DNA of 60,000 nucleotides from assembly GCF_018350175.1 (NCBI RefSeq), contig NC_058368.1, forward strand, positions 197,720,001 to 197,780,000, written 5' to 3'. This DNA comes from Felis catus (lineage: Eukaryota). This document shows, piece by piece, positions 11,907-25,280 of the stretch. The position numbers and the translations under genes were made by a program. Each line of letters opens with the position of its first letter. The stretch's first letter is position 1. Below the pieces are notes generated by a model that was given only the letters and a program-made list of their open reading frames with translations, did no database searches and was not told where the DNA came from.

Positions 11907-13765
11907 AAGCCAAAATAGCAAATAGAACTTTTAAAAAGACAAATACAGTAATTCAAACGAAAGATCCTCAAGGGAAGATTAAATGTGAGATAAATCGTAG
12001 CTGCAGAGAGAGTTAATGAACTGAAAGACAAGTGAAGAAATTAGCGCAATTGTAGCACAACTATAGAGAATATCTGAAAAATTAAAAAGCGTGGAGGACA
12101 GAAGGAACAATCGATGTACTTTTAGAATGAGACACAAAAGCAAATAGGCTGAATGAAGGTAAGGCAATATTCAAAGAAATTATAGCTGAATTTTTTTTGA
12201 CGAAGGAGAGATGAATATTAATGTACAGGAATCATAATGAGTCCTGAGTAGAAAAAAAATGAAAGTAAATCTACTTATGAACACATGTCAGTGAGGTTGC
12301 ACAATATCAAAGACATACAGAAGAGTGAAAGTTACCAGAAGGAAGAATAAGTATATGTAGAGTAGTAGTAGCATTCTAGCAACAGTAGAGGCCAGAAGAC
12401 ACAGGGTTGTTATCTTTAAAGATCTGAGAGAAAATAAAGATTAATTTGGGCATCTATATCCAGTTAAAAATATCCCAATATCAATTTTGAAATAAACACA
12501 TTTTCAAACAACACTGAGAGCTATTATAAATAGCAGACCCTTACTTAAGTATTAGGGGTAGAATTTAGGAAGAAGGAAATTGAACCACAAAGTAGAAATA
12601 CAATACAAAAAAACGATATTAAGCAAATCATTTGATGAACGTGTGGATGATGCTAACCAAATGTTTGTTCTGTTGTTCTATAGAAATAAAATAAAAATAA
12701 TACTAAGGATTTGGGGTATAAAAACAAGGTAGATCTAAAGTCCTGAGAAATAGCATTTTAGACTGGAAGGGTATTACAAGGACCTAGTATGCTATTAGAA
12801 TAGCAAAAACATATTTAATGAAACACAAATTTGTAAGTCAACAATAAAAGATTATGTTTGACTACGTAACAAAACATCTATATGGCAAATATACCAAAAA
12901 CAAAGTGAAAAAAAAAAAAACCCAAGTCAAACAAGAGAAGTTATTTGTAAACCAAATAGCCAACCAAGTATTAGTATTCAGAATATAAGTAGAGTCCCTA
13001 CAAAACAATGAGATAAAACAAACTAAGCAGAAAATGATAAGACAATTCTTCAAAGAAAACTGAATGACCAACGAATAAACCGAAAGCTACGTGATCTCGC
13101 GAGAAAGCAGGGGAATGCTATCACACAGTGAGATACCATCGGATACCCGTAGTATCATCAAAAATTAATGAATAAACGACACCAAGTGTTGGAAGAATGT
13201 AGAGAAACAGGAACTCTCGTTTATGGGAAGATTAAATGGTATAATTATTTTGAAGAGGCGTTTAGCAAAATTTGCTTCTATGTGTTTGGTAAAACTCTGG
13301 TGTAACTATATTGGAAAGCGGCAGAATGAAGGAGCACACACCCAATAGCCTAGCAATTCCCTTTCTAGATTTCTGTCCTAGAGAAAATTGGGAGCTTGAG
13401 CACAAGGAAGTTTATGGCAGCTTGCTTATGATAGCAAAACAGTGGAAACCAATTCTCGCTCCTTCATAGGAGAATGGGTAAGTTGTGGCTTATTCATGTT
13501 GGAGTTCCAATTAAGGTGAAGGAACTCAGTCTGTGTGATACTACAGATAAACCCCCAAAGCATGACACTGAATGAAAGGAGATATAATCGACACGATACC
13601 ATTACACATATAAACATAACAAATAAATAAAATGCACAAAAATGTAAAAAATAGTGTATTTTGTTTTTTGTCTAAACATGTATATAATAAAAGGACTAAC
13701 ACATATGTGCGAATGGTGTATACAAATTTTGGGCACAGGTAACTTCTGGGGAGGGAGGGTAAGGA
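11907..13765 (+). mobile_element. Ancient L1 (L1ME/L1MC-type) ORF1 and 3' pieces; continues the fragment at ~6800-7564
   Basis: A-rich ORF1-like text (agttaatgaactgaaagacaagtgaagaaatt; aaggcaatattcaaagaaattatagctgaa) and a degenerate 3' end. Confidence 0.7.
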
Positions 13766-16305
13766 AATGAAGGCTTTAGCTCTACCTGGTTTTTCCCCAT
13801 CATCAAAGTTCAACATTGTCCTTGAGCTTAACCTTCAGGCAACTTTGCGAGAATCCTGCCCTCACACTTGCTCCTGGACCCGAGCGCTCCCACCGCCCCC
13901 GCCCCCCGCCCCGCGTCAACATTGCTTAGTCCTGGACCTCTGGTCATTCCATCCTTGTTTGCTCAAGTCAGTGTATTATTTTCTCTACTTTTTAGAATGT
14001 TGGAAATGTTTCATAATTAGAAATTGTTTTTTATTTTATTTTATTTTATTTATTTTTTTTTATTTTATTTTAGAAGAGCTTAATCACCAATGCCAGGTGG
14101 TGCAGTGTTTACATCAGACAGATGCTGAGGAAGGTGTGTTGGTCTTACAATCCCAGAGCTGGTTGGTGGCAGTAGAAAAGCCAGCTCCGAGTCTTAAGAG
14201 TTTGGGTTTTTTATTTTCTTCCACCTGATCACACTGCTTCCCTTATGTGGTTAAAATTAGTCCACAGGTCCTTAAATCTAGTGAGAAAGGTAGCAGAGAG
14301 AGGCCGATAGTGAAGGGAGCCATGTAGGCAAATCCAGGGCAGTTATCCCCATGCAGATGTGCGTGTGGTCAGCAGAGGAAGTGTAGGGGCGAGGCGCTGC
14401 TTTCCAAGCACAGCTTTGATGTCCGCTGAGGGATATTGAGGCCGGATTACTAACTGTCCCTCCTTGATAGGACTTTCCCTGGAGCCCAGGTGGGAGGCTG
14501 TGCAAGAAAAGAGATGATTCTGCAGCCCTTCCCTCTGTTCCAGACTGTCTTGTTTCTTTAAAGGCTTCGCTAAAGGAACATCATTCTCTCCCACAGTTTG
14601 GATCCCCACATAACCTGCTGGGGAAGAGTAAACAGTAATTAGTTATATAAAGTGACAGAAAAGATACAGATACAAATTAGTGAAGGAAGATGAAGGCACA
14701 AATGTATCATTATGCAGGAGGAGCAACCATCCCACCTTTCAGAGCTCTGCTGGGAGGAAAAGTCTGGAAAAGGTGGGTTCAGCCCACCCCATCAGAATCT
14801 TGATGATGTTCTGCAAACCCACACCCACCACCCAGCTCGCTCCCATCCCCAGTGCCTCAAAGCATCCCTGCCCTGTACCAAGCCTGTCTGCTGTGATATA
14901 ACCAAGTTAGAGTTCCTGTCCCACATCCACCACTGCCTTGCTCCGTGACCTGAAACCAGTCACCTGTCTTTTCTAAACTTCATTTTAGTTTCCTCATTCT
15001 CAAGGGAAAGAAGTAGCACCAGACCATTTCCAACTTTCTTCTACCTCTGCTATCTTACACAACTATAAATACCTTTAAGAAGATCTTGCTCTCCATGCCA
15101 CAAAATCAACTTTGGATTATTCACTCACGGTCAAGTATAATCTACTGCTGACAGCTGGGGAAATTACACTTTAGCCATAGTGCAAAGATGGCAAACTCCG
15201 ATGTTTCCAGGGATCAGGGAGGTAGCATAAATTACTGAAGCAGGCAGGTGTGACATAATAGAGAACAGTGTGGGTGTCGGGGAACTGGAGAGTGTCTGCT
15301 TACCCAAAGGCATTCACGTGCAAATGTTTCATAAACACTGTGCTGAACAAACAAAAGTTTTCTGGGGCTGGATTTGGGCCAGGAGTCACTAGTGTGGAGC
15401 CCCTGAAAAAAGAGAGGGAAAATTAGTGGCGGAATTTCAGGCATCAGTCCCAGGAGGTTTAAGAGGATTGGGGCAGCAGGGAGTGAAGAGGTGAGAGAGG
15501 GAAGGGCATACTACAGTCAAGGATCATTTGCTACCTCATCCTGCATTCATCTGACTTTCTAGACAGGTGGTCTCGGATAGATTTTGCCTCCAACTTCACC
15601 CCCTGTACGTTGACTGAATCCAGTCAGTTTGGATCTTGAAGTCCTGACTTCACTTTCCTCCCGTTTCACAAGAAGGGAGTAGAGCACCTTTGTTCCAAAA
15701 ATATCGTCTGCATTTTATATTCTATGAAGCTAAATAGTAAATGGCTTTGGGATTCATGCTTTCATTCTATTCAACATAAAGGTCCAAGCATAGCTCACAG
15801 ATGAAGATTGCCTAGAGACCTCCAATTCTGGAGTTTAACGCATTATTTAATGTTTGGCAAATATTTATTGGGTGCTAGTTCTGGTTCCAGGCACCATTCT
15901 GGCCTCTGGAATGCAGCAGAGAGCAAAGCAGACAAGATCTCTACTTTTACCCAGACCAAGCATGTGAGAAGAAAAAAAAAAAAAGTAAGATCATTTCAAA
16001 ATGGCAGCTTAAAAGCAATATCTTTAAGGGATGGTCAAAAAAGTGGCATTCACATTGAGACCTAAAGAAGGAAAGAATGCCACCCCAATAAAACTAGGGA
16101 GAAAGAGCAACCAGACAGAGGGGCCGGCTAGTGTGAAAGTCCTAGAACAGGAAACAGTTTGACAAGCTTGAGGAATTACAATCAAGACCACAGTTAATGG
16201 AACATAGAATGAGAGGGGGTGTAGGCATCGAAGGCAACACAGGGATCAGATTCTGTTTTCCATCATCGTGGTAGGCAGCAAGCCATGCCTTGTGATGATG
16301 TATAA

Positions 16306-16438
16306 AAGTTTAACTCTGGGAGGATCTGGATATAGACAAGAGATGAACGCAAGTTTAACTCTGGGAGGATCTGGATATAGACGAGAGCAACGCAAGTTTA
16401 CCTCCGGGAGGATCTGGATATAGACAAAAGATCAACGC
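16306..16438. repeat. Minisatellite, three copies of a 43-45 bp unit
   Basis: AAGTTTAACTCTGGGAGGATCTGGATATAGACAAGAGATGAACGC repeated at 16306, 16351, 16394. Confidence 0.95.
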
Positions 16439-17246
16439 AGTAGGAGTCAGCAGACTTGAGTTCTTCTCTGACATCTGCCAGTAACTGCTGTGCGATTAGG
16501 TCAGTCTGCCAGTCGCTTTGCCTCTCTGTGCTCCAGTTTTGTCCTCTGCAAAATGACATGGTCATAGCAGATACGCTTGGGAAGGAATGCCCTCACTGGA
16601 ATATAAGCACTATGAGAACGGGCATCTCTTTCACTGACATATCTACAGTGACTAGGACTGTAGTTTGACACTCAATAAATATTTGCTGGATAAACGAGCC
16701 ATTTTTCTGGCTTTAAGACTCTATGGTTTTGAGGCAATCTTTGATGAGAATTGATTGGTCTTGTTTTGATAATTGTACCTTCCACAGCAATCTAAGATAT
16801 AAAGTTGTGAGTATAATGCATGTTATTGGCTGACCGATTCGATTGGCTCTGCATATACCTTCTGGCTGTACATTGGATAATAATAAAATAATTTCAGAAT
16901 AGATTCCTGGATTTAACCAGGCTTCCATATACTGAAGGCTTGCAATGTGCCTGGTACCATTATAAGCATGTTATATGCATTATTTTATTTAATCTTCAAA
17001 TAATCCTGTGAGTTGGGAAGATTAGCATAGAAGGTCAGTAATATCAAGGATCTATGTTCCTTCTAGCTTTCCATTTGTTGTCCCTTATGTCTGGCTGTTA
17101 TTGCTGCAGACATCATATTCAAGTTCAAGGGCAAGAAAGGGGAAGGGATGAAGCCAATAATGCCCATCCTTTTGTTTAGGAAAGCAAAAACCTTCCTCAG
17201 CCCCCTGGCTGACTTCTCTGCTTGTTGGTCAAAATTGTATCTTGAC

Positions 17247-17465
17247 GGGGTGCCTGGGTGGCTCAGTCGGTTGAGCGTCCGACTTCGGCTCAGGTCATGA
17301 TCTCGTGGTTCGTGAGTTCGACCCCCACGTTGGGCTCTGTGCTGACAGCTCAGAGCCTGGAACCTGTTTTGGATTCTGTGTCTCCCCTCTCTCTCTGCCC
17401 CTCCTCTGCTCACACTCTGTCTCTCTCTGTCTCTCAATAATAAACGTTAAAAAAAAATTAAAAAA
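17247..17465 (+). mobile_element. Can-SINE
   Basis: TSD AAAAT(T/C)GTATCTTG. Confidence 0.95.
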
Positions 17466-17748
17466 AAATCGTATCTTGTCACTCCTAGCAACAGTTGGAA
17501 AAGGCAGCAGCCTCATGGAGCAGGGCAGATTGGTACCCCGAAAAAACTGAGGTTCTGCCCACCCAGGAAGGAGAGGTTGACAATAGGGAAGGTGGTTGTC
17601 AGCGTCTACAGTCTGTGTGTAGAGCAGCCTGGCCATCGAATTAGGAAAGAGAATCTTTGCTTGCTTGCTAGTAATTTTAAGCTCTGATGAGTTATTTTCA
17701 CTTTGTCATTATTTATTTGGGTTTTTATATAGATGCGTGTGCGCGCAT

Positions 17749-17781
<33 letters not shown>

Positions 17782-18895
17782 GAAGAACCTAATCAGTAAG
17801 CAATGGTTTGAGGACTATAAACCAAATGCCAAGTGGAGCCATGTTATTGGAAAGCATGTGCCCCATCTAGTCCTGATTCTGCCACCATCTTATGACTGTA
17901 AGAAAATCTTTTCCTCAGTTTTCTCATTGGTAAAGTGGAGAATTTGAACCAGATGCAATCTAAAGTCTCTTTGAGCACCATCGTCTCCTGACCTTATGTA
18001 TGTTGATTACGGATTGACATTTGAAAAGAATGAAGGGTGTTCAATAGGCACAAAATGTTTTATATGCTCTTAGAAGATTTGAGAGAGCTTTCAAATACTA
18101 CTTGTCCCCACTGAAAGTTGGGTACGGTGCGGTGAAAAGCTTTAAAGTAAATAACAAGTAAAATTAGATAAAGGGCATTGTATCACCGGAAAACAAAGAT
18201 CAAATGCAAATGTGAAAAGGGATGCATTTTACGCGAGGAGCACAAATTCCACCATCAACCTGGTGTTAAGAGACTGGAAGCTTGTAGATTCTGGTGTGGG
18301 CAGTCCCAGGACTGGAACTTCAACAACAGCTCTCCCTGGGGTATTAAAAGAGGCAGCCAAAAAAAAAATGGCCAAGCATCTTCCCAGGGAACAGTGGCTC
18401 CTCAGAAATGCTTTGCAAGGTGCTCAGCATCAACCTGGTCTTTGCGTGGCGCATGTGAAGAGTGGAGGTGTGGCAGGTGCCATAGTAGGCTTTGGGGTTC
18501 TCCTTTCTCTTATAAAAGTGACAGTGGTGGTGCTGTATTCATGACTTTTCAGCCTGTGCCAGATCCTGTGACAACTGCTTTATAGATATTATCTCTAAGC
18601 CTCAGTCTCTTCATCTATAAAATGTGGTAATGGTAGTCTTTGCCTCATTTTTTTCATAGAATGAATAATTATTGGGGGCCTCATCAACAGCAGTCACCCA
18701 GAGAGTTTCTCTACCAGTCTCATTTCAAAAGGGCGCCTCCTAAAATGAAGTAGTGAAACATGGAGCCTAATCCTCAGCATAGTCACTACTTGGAAGCTTT
18801 TTATCACTGTTCCTTTGTATCCAACTGATGTTTCTTACCCAGTGAGCAACAGGGTTCCTGATGTGCCCGAAGCTCGTGGAGCCAGAGTGGGTTGC

Positions 18896-19499
18896 TGTGA
18901 GAGGCAGAATTCTAAGATGCCCTCCGAGATGCCCTGCTCTCTGGAGTACACACTCCTCCTATGTACTCAATGGAACACTTAATCCAGGTGCTTCTGTGAA
19001 GGCTTTTGCAGACATGATTATGGTCCCCAGTCAGCTGACCTGGAAATAGGGAGATTACCCAGGGAGGCCTGACCCAAACACATGAGCCCTTTAAATCGGG
19101 GTCTAGAGGTAAGAGGCAGGCGAGTTGGAGATTTGAAGCTTTAGAAGACTTTTGATGTGAGAGGGAAAATCCCTGCTGGTTTTGAAGACAGGCGTGGCAT
19201 GGAGTGTGGGCAGTCTCTAGGAGCTGATGGCAGGGAGGAATGGGGACCTCGTCCTTCTACTGCAGAGATCTGAATTCTGTTAACAAGCACGGATGCTTGA
19301 CGGAGAACCCAGAGCTCCCAAAGAGACAAGCAGTAAGCATTGCTTACATCCTGTTTTCAGCCTGTGAGATCCTCCTGAGTTGAGAACTCAGTCACACCAT
19401 GCCTAGATTTCTGATCTGCCAGACTGTGGGCTGAGGAATAGGTGTTTTTAGCCATTCAGTATGAAGTGGTTTGTTACTTTGCTTTGGAAAACTGACATG
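18896..19499 (+). mobile_element. MaLR LTR (MLT1E/F-like)
   Basis: tgtgagaggcagaattctaagatg start; gtggtttgttac...gaaaactgacatg end. Confidence 0.8.
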
Positions 19500-19965
19500 C
19501 TTGTCTTGGGGTGCATGAGTAGCCTGTGGCAAAGCTAGGATTTGAACTCCGGCCTGGCTAACTTCAAAGCTTTTGTTCTAGGTCTCCCTTATGCCGGGGA
19601 ATTATGCAATTTCCAAAGTTTTTATTAGGCCAGAAATAGATATCTTAAATTGCTAAGGGCAAGTATAAAATGCACCCAAATGATGTGGTGAATTAGGAGT
19701 AAATGCTCAGAACTATGAGAAAATAAATCACTTGAAATATTCTGTAACATAAAATGTTACTAAAATGAACTTGAGAAAGGAAGGTTGGCCATGCCCATGC
19801 CTCTAGGTTTAAAGAAAGAATGGTGACATACAAATACTTAAGTGTATTTCTCTAGTTGCCAAGTTAACTTGGCCTGTAATCTGGACAAATAGAACTTGGT
19901 GTGCAGGAACCAGAAGACTGGACATCACCATGGGTTCTACAGCGTTTTTGAAGGGTAACTGACTT

Positions 19966-20175
19966 CTTTTTTTTTTAATGTTTGTTTATTTCTGAGAGAG
20001 ACAGACAGAGTGCAAGTGAGGGGAGGGCAGAGAGAGAGAGGGAGACAGAATCTGAAGCAGCTCCAGGCTCTGAGCTGTCAGCACAGAGCCCAACACTGGG
20101 CTCAAGCTCATGGACCATGAGATCATGACCTGAGCCAAAGTCAGACGCTTAACCCACTGAGCCACCAGGCACCCC
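19966..20175 (-). mobile_element. Can-SINE
   Basis: Typical body; diverged TSD aaggg..a.tga.ttct. Confidence 0.93.
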
Positions 20176-20859
20176 AAAGGGCAAGTGATTTCTAAAGGTT
20201 AGCACAATTAGCAGAATTGGGCAAAAGAACAGCATGATTCTTCTATGGAGGGGCCATGAATTGGGCTTGGTACACCAGATGCCTTCATAAAGACCCTTCC
20301 TCATAAGGCATAGACTGTAGCTATAAAGAATAATAATTATTATTATTACCAAGGGCTAACTGTGTGCCAGAAACCTCTTTATGGCTTTACAACAATTTCT
20401 TTATCAAATAATCCTAAAACATTGGTCCTTAGGATTATCTCTTTTTCAAAGAGGAGAAACCCAAAACATGGAAAACATGAATAATTTGCCCGGGGTAAAT
20501 AGTAAGCATTAAGTGGAACTGAGGCATGTCTCAAAAGGCTATTTGCTTAGTTATGATACCTTTCTCCCTGGGGACAAAAATGCTAAATTTCTAGGAAAAT
20601 CTGTTTTTGTTAATTAGGGAGGTACAGTTATATGGCCAAGACAGGATGTTATATAAAAGTATACATGTTATCACTTATATGAAAAGTTCAAACTTGTTCA
20701 AACTATGCTCTATATATTGAGTAGAAAAGAAGTCATAACAGTAGATACCTCTGGAGTGTGCTGGGCGTTAGGTGTTGGGTAGTCGTCAAAGTGAGTTTTA
20801 GGTTTATTTGAAATGTTTGATTTTTTTTTTCTAGAGTACTTACAATGTATTATGAAGTA

Positions 20860-21470
20860 GGTCAAACCAACAAAATAGCACGTAGTATAATGGAACAAAT
20901 TTCCATGTACCATCATCCAGCTTAGGAAAAAAGCATGACAAATACAGTTGACTCCTCCAGGTTCACCCCCACAGAAGCAATTGCCTCCCGGGATTTAGAG
21001 TCTGTTATCCCCATGCATTTCTTTATACTTTTTAGTACATAGACATGCATTCCCAAATAATACCAATCATTAATGTGTTAGTAAAACATTAATACGTTTC
21101 ATGTTTTTAAGTTTACCTAAATTGTATACTGTGCATATTATTTTACAACTTGCTTTTTGAAAACCCAGCGTTATATGTGCACAACAGATCAATAGTGATG
21201 TGTTTAGCTTAATTTTTTTCACTCCTGCAGAGTAGGCTACTTTATGACTATAGTTTATTTTTTGATTCTCATGTTGTTGAACACTTAGGTAATTTCCAGT
21301 GTTTTGCGATTACAGAATACTATGTTGCCTTGGGTATCTGTACCTATCTAGTTGCCTTAACGTTCCTTAGGTTCTGTACCTAGGTGTGGTTTGCAGGGCG
21401 TAAACACCCTGGCTTTACTAGGTAAGTTCATAAGAAGGCCCGATTGTTCCAGATCTCTGTCAACACATGG
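20860..21470 (-). mobile_element. Old L1M 3' fragment
   Basis: Degenerate antisense L1 3' UTR (acacttaggtaatttccagtgttttgcgattaca). Confidence 0.6.
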
Positions 21471-22545
21471 TCAGGTCAGATATTAATTAGTGCTAATCCA
21501 ACTTTGTTAACTGGAGAATGTGTTCATGTTTCACCCATGTGATTAGAAAGAGAAAGAAGGAGGAGGAAAGAGAGAGCCAGAGATAGAGGGAGCGAGAGGG
21601 AGGGAGAGAGAAGAAAGAAATTGGACATCAAGTACAGGAGAAAAAAGGAATCCAGTTGCTGAACTAGTGCGTAACTTCGGTGTTTGGATAGGGCCAAAGT
21701 GGAGTCACGGGCAGACTGAGTTGAGGTTTAGACCTCTGTGTAATTGACCAAGGGTTACTTACCTTTCCTTTTTTTAAGGGCAGTACTAACCCCAGAATTG
21801 GAGGTGGAGAAGAGCCTGCTGTGGCTCCAAATTGGTAAGAAGAGACAAATAGAGGCAGGAAAAGAGAGGAGATGCACCTAGAATCTCGTCTCTTGAACCA
21901 CAGTTCCATCAGCCAGTCAGCCATTATATCTACAGATGATTTGGCTCATTTTCTAGGGTGATTGGTGATTAACTCTCACATGGACAAACTCATTAGTTAT
22001 CCTATAATGCCTGCTTTCTCTTGGGATGTCGTGATCAGCTCCACTATGGGGACATTTTAACAGTAGAAACCAGAGACCATTATTTTATCTCACTTGGTGA
22101 TTTATGAAAAATAGAATGTATTCTGTGGTGGGTGGAAATGTGACTTAATGGAGAATGTCAAAGATAAATAATTTCCGTGAGAACACAAGAAGTTCCATAA
22201 ATTGCAGGACTCATGGTCTCTCAAGCCCAACATTTCATCATCAGCTCTAGCAATGGGGAAGCGTTGGTGGGATGCTGAGGTGGTTCCTTCCCCATTATGT
22301 CAACTTTGATAGATTAGAAAGTCAGCTTGTGGCACACACCCATTCAGGTACTTTCCTGGGCACCACATATATAGATCTACTTAGATAAGAGTGAGCAAAT
22401 GAAATTAATCTTTTTGAATCTGTGTTTCCTTATCTGAAAGTATTGATTATAATAATAATAATCCTGATCTCTCTGAATTATGTGGATTAAACAAGAATAG
22501 CCAGGGAAGCATTTGCCAACTGAAGGCTGAATTCAGTTGTTGATT

Positions 22546-22629
22546 TAAAAAAAAAATTTTTTTTTAACATTTATTTCTTTTTGAGAGACAGAGAGGGAAA
22601 GAGACAGATCATGAGTGGGGGAGGAGCCA

Positions 22630-22674
<45 letters not shown>

Positions 22675-22820
22675 GAGAGAGAGAGAGAGACAGAAACCAA
22701 AGCAGGCTCCAGGTTCTGAGCTGTCAGCACAGAGCCCAATGGGACTCAAATTTACAAACAGTGAGATCATGACCTGAGCCGAAGTAGGAGGCTCAACAGG
22801 CTGAGCCACCCAGGCGCCCC
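22546..22820 (-). mobile_element. Can-SINE with expanded (AG)n
   Basis: TSD CAG(T/A)TGTTGATTT; followed by (TG)n at 22853-22891. Confidence 0.93.
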
Positions 22821-22849
22821 TCAGATGTTGATTTTTGAAATCTATCATG

Positions 22850-22892
<43 letters not shown>

Positions 22893-23207
22893 CAGTCTTC
22901 AGTGCATATTTGCCTTTTCTCAGATGTTTTATCTATCACTGATAGATAATCAGTGATGCTGATCTGATTAGCATCTGGCTGATGCTAATGAGCTTGGGTG
23001 AATAGCAAATCATTTTCTGTCCTAACCCTTTGCTGTTCTGTCTGTAGTGGAAGAGGGGGCTGCTAGTCAGGTTCTGGTTTTATAAAGAAATATTGGAAGC
23101 TCTACATATCTTGCTCCCGGGTTTCTCCCAGAGGAAATCCTTTGCTTTGCTTTCTGTTTGATTGATCGGATCATTGTCTGTCCTCAGGGAGAGAGATAAT
23201 GCAATTG

Positions 23208-23248
<41 letters not shown>

Positions 23249-23879
23249 AGCAGTGATGGAACAGCAACAGTCAGCCCATGTTTTGGTCTGTTTTCTTTGA
23301 ATAAAATTCACCCTGATGCTTGGCCATTTAACTGGTTTGAAAACTAGTTCTTTCTCTCTAAAGATCTGGCTGCACTTAGTGAAGGGTTGCACAGTGCCAA
23401 GTTCTGTGTACTTCGGCGCAGTAAGGGATCCATGTAGAAACTTAGAATTGTAGCTTTCTTACTGTTCCTCTCGTCTCTTAGATAAAGGAATAGCTTTCGT
23501 GGTGTCCTTGACCCGTAGCCCTCTAACCTTTTCCATTTTTCTTTCTTTTTTTAATGAAAAAATAGGAACTTTATTGGATGTGCTTACACATAATGCTACG
23601 TTGGCGGTTTTTTTTTTTCTTACTGATGCACAACGTTAGGTTAGATTCAGATGTACCACCCAGCGATTCGACAAGTCTTCTAGCCTTTCCTTGTACCCCT
23701 CTGGGGTTGGGGAGCTCACTCCATCGTGAGGTCTGCAGGGCAGTTCTGGAGCTTCCGGCAGGAATGAAAAGTACCATTTAAATGACACAATGTCTTAGCT
23801 GGATCCACGAGGAATGCCATTGATTACGGTGCTGCTTGTGGTTTTCCTTGTGCTGCTGTCCTCCTTCTGGGCACGTTGT

Positions 23880-24550
23880 AGGTTTAAGTATCCTACCTAC
23901 CTTATGGCTGGATGGGGCCATGTGACTAATCCTGGCTAATGAGTTGTTGAGTGGAAGTGACATCAGTCACTTGAAAGGCAGGAGCATTTCACTCCCAGTT
24001 TGTGACATACCTGCGCACCCTCCCCCTCCCCAAGTTCTCTTTCCCTTTGGCCTGGCAACTGGCAACATCTAAAATGGTGGTTACTCGAGACTACACTGTA
24101 TGTTAAATAGCTTGAAAATAAATAGAAAACTAAAAAAGAAACATACTAACTAATCACCATGCTTGGACTATGTCTATCCTGGTTCAAACAAACCACAAAG
24201 AAAAGAAGAAGATAATGATGATGTGTAGGCGAATCATGAAAATGCAGACACTGATTGGGTATTTAATGATGGAAAAGAATGTTGAGTTGGGGGGCTGTGA
24301 TGAAGGCATTATAATAACATAGGAGAATGATATTAAAGTATCTGAAGATGAAATAAAAGAAATAAATAAGAATAACACGGTAGCCACTCCATCAGTCTGG
24401 GTTCGTGAGTGAACATAATGAGAAGAGCCTCCCTGACTACCCACGATGGATATGCTAAGTGAGTGAGAATAAACCTTTCGTCTCATAAACTACTGAAGAT
24501 TAGAGGTTGTTTGTTACCAGAGTGTATTCTAGCCCATTCTGACTGACACA
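23880..24550 (+). mobile_element. MaLR LTR (MLT1H/I/J-like) interrupted by an insert at ~24087-24373
   Basis: ggggccatgtgactaatcctggctaatgag...gtggaagtgac; aataaacc...gttgtttgttacc...tgactgacaca. Confidence 0.75.
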
Positions 24551-25126
24551 ATGATGACTGAGAACCCATTCTCAGAAACCTTCTCAGTACAGCCTTTCAG
24601 CTCTACAAGTGGACTGAATTTGTGAAATGCGAAGGAAAGTGTTTTGTTATTTTCTTTTTGTTAGAGTGGAATTCTACTTTCCAATATTTCCCTTCAGTCG
24701 ACCCAGTCACACTCTTAAGAGCTACATGGAGGTGTTTCAAAGATTGGAGTTAGCTATCCCAGCACCTCTGGGCCCCTTAGCCTGTAGGTTGAAATCCCCG
24801 TTTCCTCAACTGCTCTCCTTGTGATGCAGGGATTAATTCAGAGGGTTTTTTTTTTTTTTTTATTATTCTGGTTAACTCTATCTAGATATTTTTGAGTGTT
24901 TGTAGATAATCATTATCCAGGACAATTCTCAGGGTATCCTTAGACTTTTAGAAACTTTAGCGTCCATATCTTTAAGATCCCATAAACTGGCTAAGGTGTG
25001 CCTCGTTAGGGTGCAGGATAGTGGGAAAGGTTTAATTTGGATCAATGGACTGAATATCCTGAGAGAATCAAAGAATTGCTGGGGTCAGAGTGCTAACGAG
25101 ATGAGTTTTAAAAATAGGAAATGGTT

Positions 25127-25235
25127 GAAGGCACCTGAGTGGCTCGGCCAGTTGAGCATCCAACTCTTGATTTTGGTTCAGGTCATGATCCCACGGTTGT
25201 GGGATTGAGCCCTGCATCAGGGGAGCCTGCTTGGG

Positions 25236-25280
<45 letters not shown>

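Noticed and set aside
16306..16438. Regularly spaced repeats resembling a CRISPR array
   Set aside because: Mammalian intron; the spacers are short and homologous to each other; an ordinary minisatellite
18178..18585. Overlapping + strand ORFs of 135 and 110 aa (and similar ones at 31734-32253 and 33056-33358)
   Set aside because: Most use non-ATG starts, none has recognisable homology or + strand splice context; at most shadows of the candidate - strand exons
21980..22005. ATGGACAAACTC (MDKL) resembles the HTR4 start
   Set aside because: It continues ISYPIM rather than DANVS, with no AG|GT donor 26 nt after the ATG; chance match
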